Under the pieces are notes generated by a model. It did no database searches, was not told the origin of the DNA, and worked only from the letters and a program-made list of their open reading frames with translations. Of a stretch of 50,084 nucleotides of DNA, positions 28,015 to 37,292 are shown piece by piece; the first letter of the stretch is position 1; the number at the start of each line of letters is the position of its first letter. Made by a program: the position numbers and the translations under genes. This stretch comes from Myxococcales bacterium. Lineage in GTDB: Bacteria > Myxococcota > Myxococcia > Myxococcales > 40CM-4-68-19. The stretch lies in the NCBI GenBank assembly GCA_045802855.1, contig JBJMQD010000389.1, positions 1 to 50,084 of the forward strand. The letters run 5' to 3'.

Positions 28015-30426
28015 GTGCCGATGCCCGGGACCGCCGAAACGACGTTCTGGGAGCGCCTGCTGCGGCGGCGCCGTTTCCGCGCCCTCCTCGCGCTTCTCTG
28101 CCTCGCTGCAGTGTCGGTCGTCTCGGCGTTCCTGCTCACGCCTTCGCGGCTCACGCCGCCCATCCCGGGCGACGAGTCGCTCGGGCAAGTGGCGACGAGG
28201 ACCATCAAGGCCAATCGCGATCTCGACGTGCTCGACGCCGAGGCCACCTCGCAGAAGCGCGAGGAAGCCGCGCGCAGCGTCGGGCCGGTCTACGACTACG
28301 ACGCGAGCGCGGGCGACGTGCTGCGGCAGCGGATCTCGCAGGCCTTCACGGAGGCGCGCTCCGCCATCGAGGAGTGGAAGCGGCTCGAGCCTGCCAAGGC
28401 GGGCCGTGTGCAGCTCGATCTCTCCCACGCCGCCCGTACGAAGAACGCGGACGAGCAGATCCTCCTCCGCTTCCTGCAGACCCGGCGCGACGAGTTCTGG
28501 AAGTCGCTCCAGGCGGTGATCGACGACGCCGATTTCCAGGAGCTGGCGCGGGTCGGGTTCGATCCCGCGGTCGAGCGCGCGGCGGAGCGGCTCGCGAACC
28601 TCGCCACCGCCGACTTCGCGGTCGCGGAGCGGGAGCTGCTTTCCGCCGATCGCGAGCGCGGGATCGTCGTGCGGCCGCTCCTCGGGCAGGCGGTTGCGGG
28701 ACCGGAGCGCAAGGTCCGCGACATCGACCGGATCCGCGATCTCGCGAGCCTGCGCGCCGAGGTCGACCGGCTCGCCCAGGAACAGCTCGGCGATCTTCCC
28801 GCCGGCGTCCGGCGCGCCGTCGCGCAGATCGTCCGGCGGGCGCTGCGCCCGAATCTCGCCTACGACGATCACGAGACCCGGCGCCGCCAGGACGAGAAGC
28901 GCGCAGCGGTGAAGGAAGCGATCCTGCAGGTGCGGCGGGGCGAGAAGATCATCGGCGACGGCGAGACCATCACGAAGACCCACCTGCTCATCTTCCAGGC
29001 GATGCGGGCGGCGGGAAGGTCCTCGCAGGACACGCAGGTGAGGTGGGGCGGGGGGCTGTTCGCGGCCCTGGTCTGCTCCGCGCTCTACGTCTTCGCCCGG
29101 CGCAACGTGCGCAAGTTCCGGCTCCGCACCCGGGACGTAGTGCTCCTCACCACTGTCCTCGCCCTGCAACTTCTGGTCGTGCGCGGGAGCCTTCTCGGAG
29201 CGGAGGCGCTCCGCGACCTGGCTCATGACCAGATTCCCGCTCCTCTCGCGGCGCTTGCGGGAGAGGCGCTCTTCGGGGCCGTTCCCATCGCCGCGGGCTC
29301 GATGCTGGTGGGCTTCCTGCTCACCAGCGAGGCGGCGCTGGTGTGGACGGCAGCGTTCGCTCCGCTGGCCGGTGTTCTCGTCGCGGCGGGGTTGCAGCCC
29401 GCGGTGCTCGCCCTGGTCGCGGGGGTGGTGGCGGCGGACCGCGTGGCGCACGCGACCAGCCGCGGAGCCGTGTTCGGCGCCGGGCTCTGGACCGCGGGCG
29501 CGAGCATCTGCGTCCTGGTCGCGTTCGCGCTCTTCCAGGGGCGCTTCTTGCAGCCGGAGACGGCGGCCGCCGCCGTCGGCGCGCTGGTCGCGGGCGCCGT
29601 CCTCACGCCGATCGTCGTCCTGTTCGCCGCGCGCCTGTTGCAGCCGGTGTTCGGCTACGTCACCGGCGTGCAGCTCCACGAGCTCGCGAGCTTCAACCAT
29701 CCGCTCTTGAAGGATCTGATCGTCCAGGCGCCCGGCACGTACCACCACGGCATCGTCTGCGGCGCGCTGGTGGAGGCGGCTGCGCGAGAGATCGGGGCCA
29801 ATCCGCTCCTCGCGCGGGTGGGCGCGTACTACCACGACATCGGCAAGGGCAAGAACCCGGTCTTCTTCGGCGAGAACCGCCGCGGCGAGAACCGGCACGA
29901 CGCCCTCCAGCCGTCCGTCTCCGCGCAGATCATCCGCCGCCATGTCGACGACGGCGTCGAGGTCGCCCACAAAGGGGGGCTTCCGCGGCCGATCGTCGAT
30001 TTCATCCTCCAGCACCACGGCACGCGCCTCATCGGGTACTTCTTCCACAAGGCCCGCGAAGAGGCACAGAAGCGCGGCGAGCCGCCGCCCGACGAGGCGG
30101 AGTACCGCTACCCCGGGGCGAAGCCGCGCTCGCGCGAGATCGCGCTGGTGATGATCGGAGACATGGTGGTCGCGACCGCCCGCTCTGTCGACGAACCGTC
30201 GCTGCCGCGCCTGCAGAAGCTCGTCGCCCATGCCATCCAGGCGATCGCGGCGGACGGGCAGCTCGACGAGTGCGATCTCACGCTCCACGACCTCGCCGCC
30301 ATCGAGCGCAGCTTCGCCCTCACGCTCCTCGGCCTGTCCGGAGCGCGACCCGAGACGCCGCCCGAGGAGAGGCCCGCGTTGCGCGTCCTCGCGCCCGAGC
30401 CGAAGGCGAGACTCGCGGGCAAGTAG
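28015..30426 (+). CDS. 7TM-HDIG family phosphohydrolase (PgpH-like)
   Basis: N-terminal TM, large extracellular domain, 7TM region, APGTYHH, YYHDIGK, HHGT. Confidence 0.9.
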   Translation: MPMPGTAETTFWERLLRRRRFRALLALLCLAAVSVVSAFLLTPSRLTPPIPGDESLGQVATRTIKANRDLDVLDAEATSQKREEAARSVGPVYDYDASAGDVLRQRISQAFTEARSAIEEWKRLEPAKAGRVQLDLSHAARTKNADEQILLRFLQTRRDEFWKSLQAVIDDADFQELARVGFDPAVERAAERLANLATADFAVAERELLSADRERGIVVRPLLGQAVAGPERKVRDIDRIRDLASLRAEVDRLAQEQLGDLPAGVRRAVAQIVRRALRPNLAYDDHETRRRQDEKRAAVKEAILQVRRGEKIIGDGETITKTHLLIFQAMRAAGRSSQDTQVRWGGGLFAALVCSALYVFARRNVRKFRLRTRDVVLLTTVLALQLLVVRGSLLGAEALRDLAHDQIPAPLAALAGEALFGAVPIAAGSMLVGFLLTSEAALVWTAAFAPLAGVLVAAGLQPAVLALVAGVVAADRVAHATSRGAVFGAGLWTAGASICVLVAFALFQGRFLQPETAAAAVGALVAGAVLTPIVVLFAARLLQPVFGYVTGVQLHELASFNHPLLKDLIVQAPGTYHHGIVCGALVEAAAREIGANPLLARVGAYYHDIGKGKNPVFFGENRRGENRHDALQPSVSAQIIRRHVDDGVEVAHKGGLPRPIVDFILQHHGTRLIGYFFHKAREEAQKRGEPPPDEAEYRYPGAKPRSREIALVMIGDMVVATARSVDEPSLPRLQKLVAHAIQAIAADGQLDECDLTLHDLAAIERSFALTLLGLSGARPETPPEERPALRVLAPEPKARLAGK

Positions 30427-30447
30427 GCGCCGGCGCCCGGAGCATAG

Positions 30448-31635
30448 GTGACCCGGAACGTCTTGTGGCTCGGCGTCGTCTCCTTCTTCGGCGACGTGGC
30501 GAGCGACATGGTGATCCCGCTCCTCCCCGCATTCCTCGTCTCGCTGGGTGGCGGCGCCGAGGCGATCGGCGTCATCGAGGGCGCGGCCGAGGCGACGGCG
30601 AGCGTGTTCAAGTACCTCTCGGGGAGATGGGCCGACCGCTTTCGCAGGCTCCTCCCGCTGGCGGCGTCGGGGTATGGACTCTCCGCGGTGGTACGCCCGA
30701 TCCTCGCCCTCGCCTCCGCTCCTTGGCAGGTCTTCGCCATCCGCTGCGCGGACCGCGTCGGCAAGGGGGTGCGCACGTCGCCGCGCGACAAGCTCCTCGC
30801 CTCGAGCGCGCCTCCGGAACGCCTCGCCGAGGCGTACTCGTTCCACCGTGGAATGGATCACCTGGGCGGGGCCGTGGGACCCCTGGTCGCGTCAGGTCTT
30901 CTGTTGCTCTGGCCGGGAAGGGTTCGCCTCGTGTTCGCGATCGCGGCGATTCCGGGCGCGCTGGCGCTCGCCGCGCTCGTGCCGGTACGCGATCTGACCG
31001 GCGCGCGGGCAAGTGGCGGCGAGACCGTTCGCAACGCCGCACGGCCACCCTGGCGGGTTCTCGTTCCGGTCCTCCTCTTCACGCTGGGCAACTCGACGGA
31101 CGCGCTCCTGCTCCTTCGCGCACAGGAGCTCGGCGTCGCCACGGCGCTGGTGCCAATCCTCTGGGTACTCCTGCACGTCGTCCGCGCCGCCTCTTCCTGG
31201 CCGCTCGGACTCCTCGCCGATCGTTTGGGCCGCAAGTATTCGCTGGCGGCCGGGTGGCTGCTTTATGCGGCTTGCTACGCAGGGCTCGCCCGGGCGAGCG
31301 CATCCTGGCACGCCTGGGCGCTGTTCACGGGTTATGGGCTCGTCGCCGGCCTCACGGAAGGAAGCGAGCGGGCGCTCGTCGCCTCGAGCGTCCCGGAGGA
31401 ATCGCGCGGCAGCGTGCTCGGCGTGTACAACCTGGTGTCCGGGATGGGGCTTCTCGCCGCCTCACTACTGGCGGGGTTCCTCTGGGACGAGATTTCACCA
31501 GCCGCGGCGCTGTTCACCGGTGCCCTGTTCGCTGCTCTCGCGGCAGGAACGCTCGTCCACATGCCTCCGCCTTCGGCTCCGGCCCGCCCGTCGGGCTCCC
31601 CCGGCCTCCGCGCTCGCCATGCAGGCAATCCCTGA
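30448..31635 (+). CDS. MFS transporter
   Basis: About 12 TM; SGRWADR, DRVGKGVRTSPRD, G.LADRLGRK. Confidence 0.9.
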   Translation: MTRNVLWLGVVSFFGDVASDMVIPLLPAFLVSLGGGAEAIGVIEGAAEATASVFKYLSGRWADRFRRLLPLAASGYGLSAVVRPILALASAPWQVFAIRCADRVGKGVRTSPRDKLLASSAPPERLAEAYSFHRGMDHLGGAVGPLVASGLLLLWPGRVRLVFAIAAIPGALALAALVPVRDLTGARASGGETVRNAARPPWRVLVPVLLFTLGNSTDALLLLRAQELGVATALVPILWVLLHVVRAASSWPLGLLADRLGRKYSLAAGWLLYAACYAGLARASASWHAWALFTGYGLVAGLTEGSERALVASSVPEESRGSVLGVYNLVSGMGLLAASLLAGFLWDEISPAAALFTGALFAALAAGTLVHMPPPSAPARPSGSPGLRARHAGNP

Positions 31636-31689
31636 CGCGTCGATACGAGGCGCTTCCCCCTCGCGCGAGGAGGTCGCAATCTTTGCCCC

Positions 31690-32169
31690 ATGCGCGTGGA
31701 AGAAGGCCGGGTTGTGTCGATGGATTACCTCGTCCGCCTGGCCTCCGGCCAGGTGGTCGAGACCAGCGTCGGAAAAGCGCCCATCGACTACCTGCACGGT
31801 AGCGGGCAGATCCTTCCCGCGCTGGAGCGGGCCCTCGAGGGCTTGCGCGAAGGCGAACAGGCCTCCTTCAGCATCCCCGCCGACGAGGCGTACGGCCCTC
31901 GCAAGGAAGACAACGTCGTCACCTTGCCGCGCGGCCTCTTTCCCGCGGAGGTCGACCTCAAACCCGGGCTCTGCCTTTATGCCCGCGCCTCGGGTGGGCA
32001 GAGCTACCCGATCACCGTCCGCGAGGTCCGCGAGGATACGGTGCTGGTCGACCTGAACCATCCGCTCGCCGGGGAGCGCCTCTTCTTCGAGGTCACCATC
32101 CGCGCCGTCCGCGCCGCGGGCACCGAGGAGATCTTCACCGGCAAGCCGCAGGAAATAGAAGTAGTTTGA
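31690..32169 (+). CDS. slyD: FKBP-type peptidyl-prolyl isomerase (SlyD-like, no His-rich tail)
   Basis: YLHG.GQI.PALE.AL.G, AYG, VDLNHPLAG..L.F.V. Confidence 0.9.
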   Translation: MRVEEGRVVSMDYLVRLASGQVVETSVGKAPIDYLHGSGQILPALERALEGLREGEQASFSIPADEAYGPRKEDNVVTLPRGLFPAEVDLKPGLCLYARASGGQSYPITVREVREDTVLVDLNHPLAGERLFFEVTIRAVRAAGTEEIFTGKPQEIEVV

Positions 32170-32176
32170 ATCGGCA

Positions 32177-34345
32177 TTAAAACAGGTCGAGCCAGCGCTT
32201 CGCTTCCAGCGCCCGTCCGGGTCTCGCGCCTTTTCCCAGCTCGGCGAACGCGGACCGGCCTCGCGCCGCATCGCCCAGGTGCCAGGCGGCGATCCCTTCC
32301 ATCCGGAGCGCCTCCTCGACGAAGAGCGGATGCGGCAGACGGCGCGAGAGCGCCGCGGTCGTGTAGCGCAGGCATCCTTCCCAGGCGCCCCGGTTCTGCA
32401 GCTGCTTCGCAAGCAGGTAGGGCGGAAGCCCTTCCGCGGGCTCCGCATCCGCCAGCTCCTTGAGACCGAGGACGGTTTCCGGCCCCGCGTCCGCCTCGGC
32501 GAGGAGCCTGCGCAGGACCTTCCCGCGCCGCGAGTCGGCGAGCGCCCAGAGCCGCGCCCGCAGCGCGCGCTCCGCGGGTTCGGGCTGGACGAGGCCGAGA
32601 GCCGCCGTGAACCGCTCGCGCGCGGTGGCGACGTCCGACACGGCCCACGCCGCATCGCCCGAGCCGGTCAGGAGCGTCGCCCGGAGCGGCTCCGAAAGCT
32701 TCGGGTGCGAGAGCGCGAGCTGCTCGGTAGCGCGGGCGGCGGCGGTCTCACCCGCCCGCAACTGCGCGCGGTGCAGGTCCGCGAGGAGCGCCGGATCCCC
32801 GGGTTCGAGCGCGACGCAGCGGGAGTACAGGGTCGCGGCCCGCGCCGGATCGCCTGCCGCGAGCGCCGATCCGCCCTCGTGTCTGAGCTCGGCGACCTCG
32901 TGGGCGCAGGTCCTCCGGACGATCGACGGCGAGGCGAAGCGCTGCTGGGCGAGGGCGACGGCCCGCGGCGGCGCGGGCTCCGCCGAGAGCCATCCGAGGT
33001 ACGCGTCGGCGAGAGCGTCGACCTCCACTTCGCCGGTCGAATAGGCGGCTCGGAAGGCCGCCGGCCCGCCCTTCCGGAAGACGAAACGCACGAACGACCC
33101 GGCCACCGTGTACGCCCGCGGTCCTGATTCGGCATAGAAAAGCCCTGGCCGGAACAGGCGCCGCGGATCGGGCAGCAGCTTCAGCTCGCGCAGCGCCCGC
33201 GCCTCCTCGTCGAGCGTGAATTCGCCAGGCGGCCAGTCGGCGGCCACCGCCGCACCCTCGACGAGCGCCATGTCCGGGACCAGGCCGCGAAGGCGTCCGG
33301 GAACTCCGAAGACGCCCGGCGACAAGTCGGCAAAAGCAGCGTGGGCAAGCTCGTGGCGCAAGATGGGGTGAGGCGCGGGGGCGTCGTTCGTGTGCACCTG
33401 CCTGAGCCACGGCTTCGTGAAGCTCGTCTCCGCGGCGCCGATGAGACGGCGCTTCTCCTCGGGGTTCCGGTAGAGGAAGACGTCCACCTTCGCGCCGTCG
33501 ACCGGCAGGCCCGCGAATTCGCGCACCGCGCGCCAGGAGACCTCGGCGTCGCGGGCGAGGAGAGCGCGCTCGGCCGCCGTCTTCTCTCTCGGAAAGTGCA
33601 GCACGACGTGGCCGGTGTCGAGAACGCCGCCGAGCTCGCGATCGAGGAGACTCGTGCTGGCGCGGAAATGGAACGTCTCCGCCTGCGAAGAAATCGCGAT
33701 CGCGCCCGTCCCGCAGGCGATGGCCACGGTGAGGCCCATGCGGCGCCTGCGCCCCGGGCCGAAGAAGAGCGCGAGCCCGGCGCACATCCCCGCGTAGAGG
33801 AGCGTTCCGAGCCGGAACAGGTAGAGAGCCGGGGTAGGGCGGATCACCTCGTCGTAGATGGGACCCGGGAACATGCCCGCCAGGTGATCGTAGACGTACA
33901 CCTGCGGACCGCGGACTACCGGCCAGACCGCAACGCCGAGGGTCAAGAGGAACACCGAGAAGGCCAGGAGTCCGGCCCGGCGGGGGCGCACGAAGCCGCA
34001 GAAAGCTCCCATCGTCGCCGCGAGGATGCCGGACGGAACGGCCACGAGCCCGTACAAGACGAGCCCCGCGAGAGGCTCGCAGGCAGGTCGCCGCAGACCG
34101 TTGAGCAGGATGATCGCGACCGGAACGAGGAGGAGCGCGATGGCGGTCGAGAGCCCCCGGACCACCGCGCGCAAGGCGTCCGGGGCGGGGCGCGTCGCCT
34201 CGGCACGCGAGGCCGCGATCCCCGGCACCGCGCCGAAGAGCCCCGCGAAAAGCGCGATCAGCTCGGCGAGCTCGTAGCCCAGGTGATCGGCCAAGGGTAG
34301 GAACGCCGCGCACAACGAGAGCACGACGAGCGCTCCCGCATACAC
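32177..34345 (-). CDS. Membrane-anchored gluzincin-like protein with C-terminal TPR (start uncertain; ORF open to 34429)
   Basis: About 7 N-terminal TM helices, LRHELAH...LVEG, helical TPR-like tail. Confidence 0.7.
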   Translation of the reverse strand: MYAGALVVLSLCAAFLPLADHLGYELAELIALFAGLFGAVPGIAASRAEATRPAPDALRAVVRGLSTAIALLLVPVAIILLNGLRRPACEPLAGLVLYGLVAVPSGILAATMGAFCGFVRPRRAGLLAFSVFLLTLGVAVWPVVRGPQVYVYDHLAGMFPGPIYDEVIRPTPALYLFRLGTLLYAGMCAGLALFFGPGRRRRMGLTVAIACGTGAIAISSQAETFHFRASTSLLDRELGGVLDTGHVVLHFPREKTAAERALLARDAEVSWRAVREFAGLPVDGAKVDVFLYRNPEEKRRLIGAAETSFTKPWLRQVHTNDAPAPHPILRHELAHAAFADLSPGVFGVPGRLRGLVPDMALVEGAAVAADWPPGEFTLDEEARALRELKLLPDPRRLFRPGLFYAESGPRAYTVAGSFVRFVFRKGGPAAFRAAYSTGEVEVDALADAYLGWLSAEPAPPRAVALAQQRFASPSIVRRTCAHEVAELRHEGGSALAAGDPARAATLYSRCVALEPGDPALLADLHRAQLRAGETAAARATEQLALSHPKLSEPLRATLLTGSGDAAWAVSDVATARERFTAALGLVQPEPAERALRARLWALADSRRGKVLRRLLAEADAGPETVLGLKELADAEPAEGLPPYLLAKQLQNRGAWEGCLRYTTAALSRRLPHPLFVEEALRMEGIAAWHLGDAARGRSAFAELGKGARPGRALEAKRWLDLF

Positions 34346-34409
34346 GGCGCGGGTGCGAAGGCCCGGGACGCTTGCTGTGTCCCGAGCCGTCCTGTCATTC
34401 TGAGACGGA

Positions 34410-34796
34410 ATGAACCCCTCCGATTCCAATCGGCGTACAGCGCCACGCGAGCCGATCCGCCTGCGCGTCGAGTACCAGCGGATGAACGCGTTCTTCGCCG
34501 ATTACACCAAGAACATCTCGAAGGGGGGCACCTTCATCAAGACGGCGCGGCCGCTGCCCATCGGGACCCGGTTCCTGTTCGCGCTTTCCGTCCCCGCCTT
34601 TTCCGAGCCCGTCCAGATTACCGGCGAGGTGCAGTGGATCTCGCCCGCCGCTCCGGGGACCGAAGCGGGAATGGGCATCCGGTTCCTCTTCGCCGCCGAC
34701 GAGGAGCGCATCCGCTTCGAACGTGTCGTGCAGGGCCTGATGGAGCACAGCCTCGGTCCCGACGTGACCCGCGGACTGCTCGGCCGAGAGGGCTAG
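34410..34796 (+). CDS. TIGR02266-type PilZ domain protein
   Basis: RTAPR (RxxxR), NISKGGTFIKT..PL..GT.F, GEV.W, GMGIRF. Confidence 0.9.
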   Translation: MNPSDSNRRTAPREPIRLRVEYQRMNAFFADYTKNISKGGTFIKTARPLPIGTRFLFALSVPAFSEPVQITGEVQWISPAAPGTEAGMGIRFLFAADEERIRFERVVQGLMEHSLGPDVTRGLLGREG

Positions 34797-34797
34797 G

Positions 34798-35280
34798 TCA
34801 CTCCGGCACGGCGAGGAAGATCGCCCGCGCGCCGGGAACGACTCCGTGCGCGGCGGCCTCGCCGCCGCCGACCTCGAGCACGTACTTGGAAGGTTTGTTG
34901 ACCCTGCGAAGGGTGTCGGTCTGCGGCGCGGCGTTCGCCACGATACCGACCACCGCCCGATCCTCGCCGAGGAAGATCATGTCGAGCGGGATGAGGGTGT
35001 TGTGCATCCAGAAGGCGTGCAGCTCGGGCACCGCGAAGAGGAAGAGCATCCCGCGGTCCTGATCGAGCTTCGTCCGGTACATGAGGCCGCGCTGCATCTC
35101 CTGCTCGGTGCGGGCGATCTCGATCTTCACCACCCACGTGCCGCGGCTGGTCTCGAATCGCACCGCCGGCTCGGGCACGGTCGCCTCCTCCCGCGGCGCG
35201 GCGCTTCCGCGGCAGGTGAAGGCGCAAAGCGAGATCGCGGCGAGCGCCAGGACCGCGGAGCCTGCGGCGATGCGGCGCAT
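34798..35280 (-). CDS. DUF192 family protein
   Basis: EIA.T......GLMYR, GMLFLF, FWM.NTLIPLDMIF, YVLEV.GG. Confidence 0.92.
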   Translation of the reverse strand: MRRIAAGSAVLALAAISLCAFTCRGSAAPREEATVPEPAVRFETSRGTWVVKIEIARTEQEMQRGLMYRTKLDQDRGMLFLFAVPELHAFWMHNTLIPLDMIFLGEDRAVVGIVANAAPQTDTLRRVNKPSKYVLEVGGGEAAAHGVVPGARAIFLAVPE

Positions 35281-35331
35281 GCGCGGAGCATACGCGCCGC
35301 GCTGCGGACCGGCTACCGCGACGTGCGCCCC

Positions 35332-35721
35332 TTACGGTTTGGCGCAGAACGACGAGCTCGTGAGCTGCCCGAAGAGCGCCTGGAAGCGATCGGGCGGCAG
35401 CCGCTCTTTCATCACTTCCAGGTAGGCAGGATCGAGCGCCAGCTGGCGGCACGTCAGCCCCGAAGGACAGCTCGCTCCCGAAGAAGTGCAAGCCTGCGAA
35501 CAATATCCGCCGGAAGTCCCGGGCGTCGCCAGGCAAGCGAAGCTCTCGCACTCGCTCGACCCCAGATACAGGTACTCGCGTCCGGGCTGGGGACGGAGCT
35601 CGGCGCCGTTCGCGTCCTGGAGGTGACAGGGCGCACCGAGATCGCTGCGTGCGCAGGCAAAGGATAGGGCGGCGACCGTCGAAAGAACGACAGACGCGAC
35701 GCGGCGGGCGGCCTTGTGCAT
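35332..35721 (-). CDS. cglC: Gliding motility lipoprotein CglC/GltK-like
   Basis: Lipobox LSFAC; LGAPC.L, G..ECE..AC, GYCS..C, CR.L.LD, FCA pattern; divergent from the Glt-like barrels. Confidence 0.75.
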   Translation of the reverse strand: MHKAARRVASVVLSTVAALSFACARSDLGAPCHLQDANGAELRPQPGREYLYLGSSECESFACLATPGTSGGYCSQACTSSGASCPSGLTCRQLALDPAYLEVMKERLPPDRFQALFGQLTSSSFCAKP

Positions 35722-35800
35722 GGCACAGCAAATTTGGGCTTCCCGGCCCGTTGGGCAAGGGGTTGCCCGACCGCACCCGGGCTCCCATGTTGTCCGCGCC

Positions 35801-36454
35801 ATGCGCCTGTTGCCGCTCTGCATTGCCGGCTGCCTGCTCGCTCCGGCGGCCCTCGCCGCCGATAGCGGCGACCAGATCAACGCCGTCCAGAAGCGGCCGC
35901 TACGCGAGGCTCGCCGTCTGGAGCTGTGGACGTACGGCTCGATGGGGATCGGCGATCCCTACCTCCAGCGTTGGGGTGGAGGGCTCCGCGCCTCCTGGCA
36001 CTTCCGGGAAGGCCTCGCGATCGGTCTCGACGCGTCGGGGCTGGGATCCTGGGCCACGCAGGAGCTCGTCATAGCCAAACGCGAGCTGCACGCCCGCGTC
36101 CTCGAATCACACGAGCGGGCCGCCGTGGCGGCCGTGGCGTCGATCGCCCCTATCTACGGCAAGGTCGCGCTCCCGGGCGACGCCCTCGTGCACCTGGAGA
36201 CCTTCCTCGACGCGGGGCTCGGCGGCGCGTTCACCGAGACCGATTCGGGGCGAGGGCTCCGTCCCATGCTGACGGGCGGCATCGGCCAGCGGGTGTTCCT
36301 GGGCGACGCCTTCGCGCTCACCGCGCGTCTCGGCGGCAACGTCTACGCGGAGCGCCTCGCCGTCGACGGACGGCCCACGACGCACGCGATGGGGTTCTGG
36401 ACCTTCCAGCTCGGGGTCTCCTGGTACTGGCCGCAGGCGAAGGAGGATCGATGA
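35801..36454 (+). CDS. Outer-membrane beta-barrel, GltA/GltB (NfsA/B)-like
   Basis: Signal peptide; AVQKR.....RLEL, DPY, APIYGK motif; aromatic C-terminal strand. Confidence 0.8.
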   Translation: MRLLPLCIAGCLLAPAALAADSGDQINAVQKRPLREARRLELWTYGSMGIGDPYLQRWGGGLRASWHFREGLAIGLDASGLGSWATQELVIAKRELHARVLESHERAAVAAVASIAPIYGKVALPGDALVHLETFLDAGLGGAFTETDSGRGLRPMLTGGIGQRVFLGDAFALTARLGGNVYAERLAVDGRPTTHAMGFWTFQLGVSWYWPQAKEDR

Positions 36455-37278
36455 GGATCTCGCGCTATCTCGCCTGCGCGCTCGTCCTCGCGGGCGCCGC
36501 GCGGGCCGAGGACGCGCCGGCACCCGCGGCACAGCCGGCGGCGGTCGCGGTCAACGCCCCGCCGCCAGGAGCGAAGCCCGCGACGCCTCAGCGTCCGCAG
36601 GTGGAGCAGGCGATGACGGAGTTGCCGGCGATCGGAAACGATCCGGCGGTACGCGTCGCGCTTCGCGGCACGCCCGCATCGCTGCCTCCCGTCACGGCGC
36701 AGATCTTCCGCATCGGCGGGCGCACCGAGGTTTCGCCGTTCTTCCAGATGTCGGTCGGCGACCCGTTCTACAAGAGCTGGCTCGCGGGGGTCCGCGTCGA
36801 GCATCACCTCGACGAACGCTGGTCCCTCGCCGTACACGCGCTCGGAGGGACCTCGTCGGTGGCCGCGCCGATCGATATATGCGGCGGCAATGCCTGCGAC
36901 GCTCCGACTGCCGCGCGCCTGCGCTCGACGCCGGGGAACGTGCAGATGATGACCGGTATCGAGGGATCCTGGGCGCCGCTCTACGGAAAGCTCTCGCTCT
37001 TCGGCGAGAAGACGATCCACTTCGACGCCTACATCGCTCTCGGTCCCGAGCTCTTGCGCGAGACCATCGCCCCCGACACGGCGACCGCGGCGGCAGGACG
37101 GTTCGCGCTCGGCGGCCGCGCGTCGATCGGCGAGAGGGTCTTCTTCAGCGACAACTTCATGATCCGGTTCGGCGCGAGCGAAGTCGTCTACGGCTCCGCG
37201 GTCCGTGGCCGCACCGAGCTCGAGCGCAAGCTCTCCATCGAGGGAGGCGTGGCGTGGCTCTTCGGCGGATCCCGCTGA
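36451..37278 (+). CDS. Outer-membrane beta-barrel, GltA/GltB (NfsA/B)-like
   Basis: GR.EVSP....S.GDPFY, WAPLYGKLSLFGEK.IHFD.Y, C-terminal GVAWLF. Confidence 0.8.
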   Translation: MRISRYLACALVLAGAARAEDAPAPAAQPAAVAVNAPPPGAKPATPQRPQVEQAMTELPAIGNDPAVRVALRGTPASLPPVTAQIFRIGGRTEVSPFFQMSVGDPFYKSWLAGVRVEHHLDERWSLAVHALGGTSSVAAPIDICGGNACDAPTAARLRSTPGNVQMMTGIEGSWAPLYGKLSLFGEKTIHFDAYIALGPELLRETIAPDTATAAAGRFALGGRASIGERVFFSDNFMIRFGASEVVYGSAVRGRTELERKLSIEGGVAWLFGGSR

Positions 37279-37292
37279 AGCGCGGGGGAGGA

